From an uncultured virus (IMG/VR IMGVR_UViG_3300043568_001227) (lineage: Duplodnaviria; Heunggongvirae; Uroviricota; Caudoviricetes): 64,000 nucleotides of DNA. Of the stretch, positions 57,570 to 64,000 are shown piece by piece. The translations under genes were made by a program, and so were the position numbers. The stretch spans positions 1-64,000 of the IMG/VR virus record IMGVR_UViG_3300043568_001227; one strand, written 5' to 3'. The notes beneath the pieces were generated by a model. That model had not been told where the DNA came from, did not search any database, and saw only the letters and a program-made list of their open reading frames with translations. The stretch's first letter is position 1, and each line of letters starts with the position of its first letter.

Positions 57570-59013
57570 ATTCTGTATAATCTTTAATTTTAATTACAAA
57601 CCTTCTATTAGGTTGTGTTTGGTCAGTAGTAGTTGATTTTTCTTTTGTCCATCCTGGCCCGAACTCAGTCGTTTCACCTTTACCAATAGGGGTCATAACA
57701 ATACCCGTTTTCTCTTTAATCATATTAGCGATTGTATTTGCTCTTTGTTGTGATAAACATTGATTATACTCACCAATAGTTTTAGATGATTGACATGCAG
57801 GTAATTTACCAATTATTCTATCGTTAGGGTCTTTATCTCTTGATGAATATCCGATAATTAATGGGACGTTTTGTAATAAGAATTTACCATACTTAGGATA
57901 TGTTTTCAAGTAACCATTTAAATTAGAAATAAATTTATCAATCTTATCTTGAGCTTCAGGTTTTAATTCTGTTTTGTCAAATACGAACGGTTCTGTAATA
58001 TCCAAACTAATATTAGTCGGTGTTGGTGTTGTTTTTTTTGATGACCCACCAATTGTAACTTCAGTACCAGGTCTTGCGCCAGGATATAACATCACATAAT
58101 ACCCTTTTCCACCCTTCTTATAATACATCATAGGTGAAATGGTAGTATCTTTAGATTCGGTCATTCCGATTGATTTTAAGACACTTATGTCCTCTGCAAC
58201 AATATTACCCGTGTAAACAACTGGTTTACCGATTGAGGCCTTATTAGGAACACCTTCAGGTGCCACGGCAATAAATTTGTATCTTACATTATTATATTGT
58301 CCAGGTTGTATATCAGAACGAACTATATCATTCCAATAAAACTCTGTGAATTCGATATTTGTTCTATAGTCCTCGTCAAGTACTTCACCTGTTTTAACAT
58401 CTACTTTGAAGTCGTATAACTCCCCGTTTAATGCGTAGTCTGGTTTTACTTCACCTGTTGATTTATTAAATAATACCGTGTATAATTTTCCATCAATAAT
58501 TTTAAATCCTAAACCTGTTGCACCTAACTTATAATAAGTTTTTTCATCATCTTGTTCAGATAAAATTCTTTTTACCATTCGAATAATATCACCTTCGTTA
58601 AGTTTAATTACTTTCTTTTCACCAACAACTACAGTGTCTTTTTTTATTTCAATCCACTCTTTTAGAGTTGTGATTGGTACAATACTTTTTTTACCTCCAG
58701 GTGTTTGGTTTATATTATTACCTTCATCATCACCAGATGTTAAAGTAGGGTGATTCTTAATATAATTGGAGATGTTTTTTGCTTTATTTTCCATCTTTTT
58801 AATTTTCTTTTTAGGGGTACTCATTTTACCGTCATAACTGTCGTATCCCAACTCAGTATTGACATACTTTGATACGGGTGTTATAAATGGTTGTAACGAC
58901 TCTTTACTAAATTCTCTAACACCAGGTTGTAAAGGAGAAACATAGGACCCTCTACCCCCATTACTGTCAGAAGTTGCCTCGAGTAATACTTTCTTTATTA
59001 ATTGATTTAGCAT
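57568..59013 (-). CDS. Protein with C-terminal OmpA-like peptidoglycan-binding domain
   Basis: FVFDKTELK...IIGYSS...NQCLSQQRA...GKGET...NRRFVI; no signal peptide; LxE-type leaders. Confidence 0.75.
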   Translation of the reverse strand: MLNQLIKKVLLEATSDSNGGRGSYVSPLQPGVREFSKESLQPFITPVSKYVNTELGYDSYDGKMSTPKKKIKKMENKAKNISNYIKNHPTLTSGDDEGNNINQTPGGKKSIVPITTLKEWIEIKKDTVVVGEKKVIKLNEGDIIRMVKRILSEQDDEKTYYKLGATGLGFKIIDGKLYTVLFNKSTGEVKPDYALNGELYDFKVDVKTGEVLDEDYRTNIEFTEFYWNDIVRSDIQPGQYNNVRYKFIAVAPEGVPNKASIGKPVVYTGNIVAEDISVLKSIGMTESKDTTISPMMYYKKGGKGYYVMLYPGARPGTEVTIGGSSKKTTPTPTNISLDITEPFVFDKTELKPEAQDKIDKFISNLNGYLKTYPKYGKFLLQNVPLIIGYSSRDKDPNDRIIGKLPACQSSKTIGEYNQCLSQQRANTIANMIKEKTGIVMTPIGKGETTEFGPGWTKEKSTTTDQTQPNRRFVIKIKDYTE

Positions 59014-59061
59014 AGATATTTTAGTATACTTATAAATATATCAAAAAAAGATATTTTCACA

Positions 59062-59295
59062 ATGGAAGAACAACAATTATTTGGAAAACTATTCGACACA
59101 ATACCTCTACTAACTGAGGACCATTTAGACGTGCTACTACAATCTATGGATAAAGACAATGCTTCATACCTATTAATACAAGCGGTTAAGAAGGCATACC
59201 ACGAGGGGGTTTATTCTTTAGGTGAGGCAGAGGTTGTATCAAGAGCAATTAGAGTTATGTCAAAACAGGAAATTAAAAATGAAACAGAAGATTAA
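59062..59295 (+). CDS. Hypothetical protein
   Basis: 77 aa. Confidence 0.55.
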   Translation: MEEQQLFGKLFDTIPLLTEDHLDVLLQSMDKDNASYLLIQAVKKAYHEGVYSLGEAEVVSRAIRVMSKQEIKNETED

Positions 59296-59662
59296 ATTAG
59301 CGTTAATCGCTCACGACGGTAAGAAGGCCGATATGGTATCATTCGTAATGAAACGACTACCTTTCTTCACTTCAGATAATGTTGAAGTAGTTGCCACAGG
59401 TACAACAGGAAAACATTTAAAACATGCTGGATTAACTAAGGTTGAGACGATGTTAAGTGGTCCTATGGGTGGTGACGCTCAGATTGCGTCAATGATTGTA
59501 AACAAAGAAGTCGATATAGTTATATTCTTTATCGACCCCTTAGAAGTTCATCCACATCAAGTAGATGTTAGTATGTTATTAAGAATTTGTAATGTCCATG
59601 ACATTGCAATCGCTACGAATTATTCTACCGCTAGTAGATTAATCAGTCCCTTAGAAGATTAA
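59279..59662 (+). CDS. mgsA: Methylglyoxal synthase (start re-set to ATG 59279)
   Basis: LALIAHDGKK, ATGTTG, SGPMGGDAQI, FFIDPL..HPH..DV..LLR.C.VH, ATN. Confidence 0.95.
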   Translation: MKQKIKLALIAHDGKKADMVSFVMKRLPFFTSDNVEVVATGTTGKHLKHAGLTKVETMLSGPMGGDAQIASMIVNKEVDIVIFFIDPLEVHPHQVDVSMLLRICNVHDIAIATNYSTASRLISPLED

Positions 59663-60141
59663 ACCGTTAAGCTATCAACAGGTTCATCTGTTGCTGACGC
59701 AACTGTAGTTCCAGCGGGTGTTTGTACTCCTGCGGGTGTTTGTACTCCTGCAGGTGTTTGTACTCCTGCGGGTGTTTGAGTTCCCGAACTTTTACTCAAA
59801 TCAATACCCGTACAAGCATTAATTGCGTTCATAGTATTAGTACCGTATATACCATCCTCAACTAATTTTTTAGATATCTTAGTACATTTATCGTTAATTT
59901 TAACTTGTACATCTAAAACTTTTTGTTTACATCTTGTAGGATTTTTAGTTGTTGTACAATCTACTTTTCTATCTTGGGATGCAGGAGCTGCGGTTGCAGG
60001 AGCTGCGGTTGCAGGAGTTGCGGTTGCAGGAGCTGCAGTTACAGGAGCTGGTGTTTGTTCCATTAATCTATTTTTATACGTGTTATGTAAATTTAAAATA
60101 GACTCTTTTTCAGATTCAGTTATTTTTATAATTTTCTTCAT
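59659..60141 (-). CDS. Protein with PG-binding-like domain and low-complexity repeats
   Basis: MKKIIKITESE leader; VLDVQ..IN...LVEDGIYG.NT..AI; PATAA and TPAGVQ repeats. Confidence 0.55.
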   Translation of the reverse strand: MKKIIKITESEKESILNLHNTYKNRLMEQTPAPVTAAPATATPATAAPATAAPASQDRKVDCTTTKNPTRCKQKVLDVQVKINDKCTKISKKLVEDGIYGTNTMNAINACTGIDLSKSSGTQTPAGVQTPAGVQTPAGVQTPAGTTVASATDEPVDSLTV

Positions 60142-60157
60142 TTTAATAATTAATAAT

Positions 60158-61033
60158 TTAAAGTTTAGTCAATACCATATCTAAATCTGTATCTGAAGGT
60201 ATTGTTGGTTGTTTAACTTTTGTCTTAGTATTTGTCTTAGTATTAGACGATTCTTTACCACAAGAATAACTGGCCATAGTTCCGTCGACCAATTTTTTTC
60301 TACCATTCCCGTAATAAACCACCCCATCAATTATGTAAGCAATACTACCGTCACTCAATTTTGATGATTTCGCTTTTGGGTTACTTGGAATACAAGGAAA
60401 TTTTTCAAATCCCTTTACGACACTTGATTCCTTTTGTGCCGCCAATTTTTTACCAAGGTCAACACTGTTTTCATATGCGTCTAATAATGGTAAAAAAACA
60501 TATTGTTTCCATTCACCCTCAGAATCGATGTCCCCATCAATTGCTGCGAATAAACTTTCACCATGTCTTGTATTATATATGTTTGACATCGCACATAAAT
60601 CAGGAATTGTTGTGATTTTTTGTAGATTACTTTTAATTGCATCCTCATCAGTACCCATACCATCAACCGCTGCGTTAATACCATCGGCAATACCATTTAA
60701 TGTGGCTCTACTCAGTGTTGATTTACCAACTTCTTTTAAATTTCCACAAGCTTGTAAAATTTTTTCGGCACCTTTGTAAGAATAATTCCCACCATTAATT
60801 AATCCGTTAATTAATCCAATCGCTCCACCGATAATTGCTCCTGGAACTAAACCAACGGCTCCACCAATTGCAGCACCTGTTGCCATTGACGCCATTACAC
60901 CATCTTCGGCTAACTCATTTTCAGATGACATCATAGTGTCGTCTTCTTTAAGATATTGTTTTTTAGTTGCTTCTTTATGAAGATTTAGAATTCTTTTAGA
61001 TTCTTCTTCATTTAAAAAATATAATTTTTTCAT
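60158..61033 (-). CDS. Protein with glycine-zipper helix and an annexin-like repeat
   Basis: GAAIGGAVGLVPGAIIGGAIG; AVDGMGTDEDAI...Y...HGESL..AI. Confidence 0.6.
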   Translation of the reverse strand: MKKLYFLNEEESKRILNLHKEATKKQYLKEDDTMMSSENELAEDGVMASMATGAAIGGAVGLVPGAIIGGAIGLINGLINGGNYSYKGAEKILQACGNLKEVGKSTLSRATLNGIADGINAAVDGMGTDEDAIKSNLQKITTIPDLCAMSNIYNTRHGESLFAAIDGDIDSEGEWKQYVFLPLLDAYENSVDLGKKLAAQKESSVVKGFEKFPCIPSNPKAKSSKLSDGSIAYIIDGVVYYGNGRKKLVDGTMASYSCGKESSNTKTNTKTKVKQPTIPSDTDLDMVLTKL

Positions 61034-61080
61034 ACCTATTTCTGTTTAATATATAAATATCTGTTTTTTCGAAAAAAAAG

Positions 61081-61110
61081 TTGTGGATTCAGTATATTTA
61101 CTTATCTTTG
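61081..61110 (+). promoter_or_regulatory. Bacteroidota-type promoter TTG-N19-TATCTTTG
   Basis: TTG 61081-83, TATCTTTG 61103-10; matches the -33/-7 consensus. Confidence 0.7.
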
Positions 61111-61115
61111 TAATG

Positions 61116-61227
61116 TGGTTGAGGGAAACGATTCAGATACAACTAAATCAATCATAATGGTTAGGACGAAAACCTCCTAATTTGAACGGGATAGAAACGA
61201 TTTAGATACTAAGTCCCGTTCTTTTTT
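61116..61227 (+). ncRNA. Putative structured small RNA (three hairpins, duplicated 16-nt loop motif)
   Basis: Own promoter, GAAACGATTYAGATAC at 61125-40 and 61194-209, terminal GAACGGGA/TCCCGTTC stem plus T6. Confidence 0.6.
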
Positions 61228-61639
61228 AAATCCAAATAACAAATTGGTCTTTACCAACTCTAAAAGATAAATCATACGATTCTCTAAAAACGGTAATTAT
61301 AAGTAATTTCCAATAGGAGCCACCACCATGTTTTGGTACTATGACCATAGCGATTTCTTTTTCTTTTGATTTAATAACAAATGCTACATCATCTTTAATC
61401 TCTCCTGTGGTAATTCCTTCCGCAATTTCTCGTCTACAACTCTCAATTATATATTTTAATTCACCGTTAGATATTTCTCTATCATTATAATCAGGAATAT
61501 CAGTTCTGTTTTTTCTTTCATATGCGTGGGTAGTTCTATCAATCTCAAAACCAAAGGCAATTTCTATTTTGGCCATAATATGCCCAATTTTCTTTTCTAA
61601 TAATAAATGTTCTTTGATTAATCTACGTAATTCGCTCAT
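61226..61639 (-). CDS. Hypothetical protein, possibly DUF4258/BECR-like fold (start re-set to 61639)
   Basis: TATTTATA 4 nt before ATG 61639; TTHAYER...ISN.EL...LLIITV pattern. Confidence 0.45.
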   Translation of the reverse strand: MSELRRLIKEHLLLEKKIGHIMAKIEIAFGFEIDRTTHAYERKNRTDIPDYNDREISNGELKYIIESCRREIAEGITTGEIKDDVAFVIKSKEKEIAMVIVPKHGGGSYWKLLIITVFRESYDLSFRVGKDQFVIWI

Positions 61640-61661
61640 ATAATATAAATACTTGTAAAAC

Positions 61662-61690
61662 AAAAAAAGGGACGATTACTCGTCCCTTTT
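61662..61690 (-). terminator. Intrinsic terminator after the major capsid gene
   Basis: AAAAAAA-GGGACGA-ttac-TCGTCCC-TTTT. Confidence 0.9.
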
Positions 61691-61710
61691 CATATTATTT
61701 AAGATGTTGA

Positions 61711-63582
61711 TTATCTCAATTCTCTTAAGTCGAATGTTCTAACTCCATCAACTGTGATACGTCCGTAGAAACGGTTGTTAACCATTTTCTTAGCGTAACG
61801 TGTCATAATACCTTTAATAGGTGTGAAGTTGAATGGGTTATACATTGTAGGTGTTAATTGTAATGGTACATACGGTGCGTAGATGTAACCTGTGTCTAAC
61901 AATGACGTTCCTTTATGTCCTACTAACACTGTGTTAGCTGGGAAGTAAGGGTCACGGTAAACTTGGTAACGACCTGCTAATGTTCCAACTCTTTCAATAC
62001 CCATGTTGTATTGGTCTTGCTCTGGAGACGCGTTAGATACGTGGAAGTACTCTAAATCATCAAAAATAGCCGAAATCTCAGAAGAAACTACAATCCAGTT
62101 AGCTCCACCTCTTAATGTAGATTTGTGGATTTGTGCTGACAATTGGTTAATTGCAGTAATTAATGTTTGATTCCAATCTTTTTGAGTATAAGATGTAGTT
62201 TGAGAAATTCTTCTCCATCCGTTGTAATCCCAACGTAAGTTCCATGCCGCACCTTTACGTAAATCTCTTAAGATTTCACGGTCGATTTCAGCAGCAACTT
62301 GTTCAGATAATAAAGCCGTTAATTCAGCTTCAGCATCGATGTTGTGGAATGCAGCAACGTCTTGAGCTAACTCAGGAGACCATTGTGCTCTTAATTTTCT
62401 TTCTGTAACAGATACAGTAACTGAATCTAAGTCGAAAGAAACCTCACCGATTTTATCTTCAAATTCTAATTGTTCGTAACGTCTGAACGCTGCGTAGAAT
62501 GATGTTCCTGAAGACGCTTCAGTAATAGTAGTACCTGTGTAACCATCTAAAGATGTAGAATCACAATCAGCACATACTGGACAAGATAAATCAACTTCTA
62601 AGTAGATACATCCGTTAGCGTCACATACGGTTTTAAACGAACCACCGTTACCTGCAGGGTTATTACCTGATGCCGCTGGCCAATTAGTTTGAACTGTATT
62701 ACCGTAAGAAACGATTCCTTTACCATATTGTTGAGTAACAACTCTGAACAATAATGCTCCTGTTGAAACTGTACATGGAGAACCTTCAGCAACTGTTAAA
62801 CCAGCACCTGTAAAGATAACTAAATCAGATAAGAAAGATTCTGTATCCATTTCATTACCGTCAGGTCCGATTAATTTACCAGCTCCTGTATCAGCGAAAC
62901 CACACATTTTAACAATAACTTTTCTTGTGTTACCTGAAGCAATTTCAATACCATTTGCTGGTGCACCATCATTAATAGTTGCATCAACTAATGACCCATT
63001 TGACCATGCTTGAATCAACGTACTTGCAGTGATTGCTGACCAACGACCTTTTGAATAATCGAATAAACCTGCTGGGTCTAAACCTGGTTCAGTTCCTTCG
63101 TAGAATAAGTCATAAAGGTTTTTAGCAACCGCTCCAGTTCCTGTGTAACCTGCATTTTGAGATGTTGGTCCGTTTGGTGCTCCTAGTGGTGCGTAGTGGT
63201 CTCCTGAAGATACATCACTCCATGGAGTGTTAGTACCACCTGAATACCCTTGAATTTTAGGTACAAAGAAGAATAATTTACCGATTGGTAAATTCATCGC
63301 TTGTACTGATACGATGTCATTCGCTAATAATTTAGAGAATACACGTCTTACGATAGGGAATACAACAGTTTCAAATGAACCTGAAGACCCGTCAGACGTT
63401 GCTTCGTTAATTAAGAAAGACGCTTGGTTCTCATATAACTGAGCTACGTTTTCTTTTAGGTGACCTTTAAGGCCTTCTAGGAATCCTAATTTATCCCATT
63501 TGTTGATAGTATCTTCTTTGATAACTTTAAGGTGTTTTAACCCGATGTTACCAACAAGACCTGATTCTAATAATGCTCCCAT
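61711..63582 (-). CDS. Major capsid protein, T4 gp23-like
   Basis: VRRVF..L.ANDIVSVQAM..P.G, RKLRAQWSPELAQDV.AFH.IDAEAELT..LS....EIDRE, YAPYVPL, F.P..G.MTRY. Confidence 0.93.
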   Translation of the reverse strand: MGALLESGLVGNIGLKHLKVIKEDTINKWDKLGFLEGLKGHLKENVAQLYENQASFLINEATSDGSSGSFETVVFPIVRRVFSKLLANDIVSVQAMNLPIGKLFFFVPKIQGYSGGTNTPWSDVSSGDHYAPLGAPNGPTSQNAGYTGTGAVAKNLYDLFYEGTEPGLDPAGLFDYSKGRWSAITASTLIQAWSNGSLVDATINDGAPANGIEIASGNTRKVIVKMCGFADTGAGKLIGPDGNEMDTESFLSDLVIFTGAGLTVAEGSPCTVSTGALLFRVVTQQYGKGIVSYGNTVQTNWPAASGNNPAGNGGSFKTVCDANGCIYLEVDLSCPVCADCDSTSLDGYTGTTITEASSGTSFYAAFRRYEQLEFEDKIGEVSFDLDSVTVSVTERKLRAQWSPELAQDVAAFHNIDAEAELTALLSEQVAAEIDREILRDLRKGAAWNLRWDYNGWRRISQTTSYTQKDWNQTLITAINQLSAQIHKSTLRGGANWIVVSSEISAIFDDLEYFHVSNASPEQDQYNMGIERVGTLAGRYQVYRDPYFPANTVLVGHKGTSLLDTGYIYAPYVPLQLTPTMYNPFNFTPIKGIMTRYAKKMVNNRFYGRITVDGVRTFDLRELR

Positions 63583-63614
63583 TTTTTTGGTTTTTATTAA
63601 TTTTTTAGTTTATT

Positions 63615-64000
63615 TTATTTTAATTTTGACATTAAATCTTTCATTCTTAAGAACTGAGGATTTTCGTATGTTTTAGACTCAATCAAGTTAGCCGAAGAAC
63701 CTGTTGATGGAGAACTTTGAATGGTTCTTTCCATTGATTCATTCATTGGTTGACTTGTCGTAGCCGAAAGGTCATCTTTTAATGTCTTATACAAGTTTTT
63801 AGATTCTTTAATAGTTTCAACACTATCAAAACGTCTTAAGATATTAATCTTCTCTTGTTTTGATGTCGAATGTTCTGTAAACAAACGTGTAGCATAAGCT
63901 AAGTTTGAATTAAACACTGCAACTTCGTTTAATTTATTTCTGAAAACGTTAAGTGCTTTTCTGTACTCTTCATTTTTTTCTCTAAGAACTTGTAATTCTT
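63615..64000 (-). CDS. Prohead scaffold/core protein candidate, C-terminal part (5' end outside the window)
   Basis: Frame open to the edge (ELQVLREKNEEYRKALNVFRNKLNEVAVFNSNL...); coiled-coil; immediately upstream of the capsid gene. Confidence 0.6.
   Translation of the reverse strand, partial: ELQVLREKNEEYRKALNVFRNKLNEVAVFNSNLAYATRLFTEHSTSKQEKINILRRFDSVETIKESKNLYKTLKDDLSATTSQPMNESMERTIQSSPSTGSSANLIESKTYENPQFLRMKDLMSKLK

Noticed and set aside
59222..59278. Longer GTG start for mgsA (and the 61663 start for the 61226 ORF)
   Set aside because: The extensions overlap the upstream gene or a terminator/promoter; the ATGs at 59279 and 61639 fit better
61080..61143. Resemblance to Bacteroidota CRISPR repeats (GTTGTG...TATCTTTG; GTTG...ATACAAC)
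   Set aside because: Single copy and no cas genes; the similarity is explained by the shared promoter consensus, so it is kept only as a hypothesis under the small RNA finding
1..64000. Stop-codon reassignment as in some large phages
   Set aside because: Genes are full length and tightly coupled under the standard code, with no systematic fragmentation
1..64000. tRNA, rRNA, integrase, transposase, intron or intein
   Set aside because: None recognised by eye; a tRNAscan/Infernal run would be needed to exclude them formally

Overview
This 64 kb window is AT-rich, densely coding and reads under the standard genetic code. It is best explained as part of a large T4-like (myovirus-type) phage genome. 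Evidence: a gp23-type major capsid gene with an upstream scaffold-like gene (right end), a gp5/VgrG-like spike, a gp55-like sigma factor, PhoH, dUTPase, a 3'-5' exonuclease and methylglyoxal synthase. TAnnTTTG promoter motifs, A-rich SD-less starts and a signal peptide ending A-Q suggest a Bacteroidota host (inference). The main system is a set of giant Pro-free Gly-X-Ser (GSS/GTS) collagen-register proteins (3117 aa, 2553 aa and a third cut by the left edge) plus Pro/Thr-rich virion proteins. They flank a 10.7 kb glycosylation operon that includes a TibC/Aah-type protein O-heptosyltransferase. A second cluster encodes a GT2, aminotransferase, methyltransferase, VioB-like acyltransferase, MaoC hydratase and another GT2, resembling viosamine/anthrose-type sugar pathways. 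Together these suggest a phage that builds and glycosylates its own very long fibres (a virion glycocalyx). Other signals are an unannotated ~110 nt three-hairpin RNA with a duplicated loop, a 14-site TATTTAT(A) putative late promoter, and putative head-cargo proteins with OmpA-like, PG-binding, annexin-like and WYL domains. All product calls come from motif recognition by eye; no database search was run.
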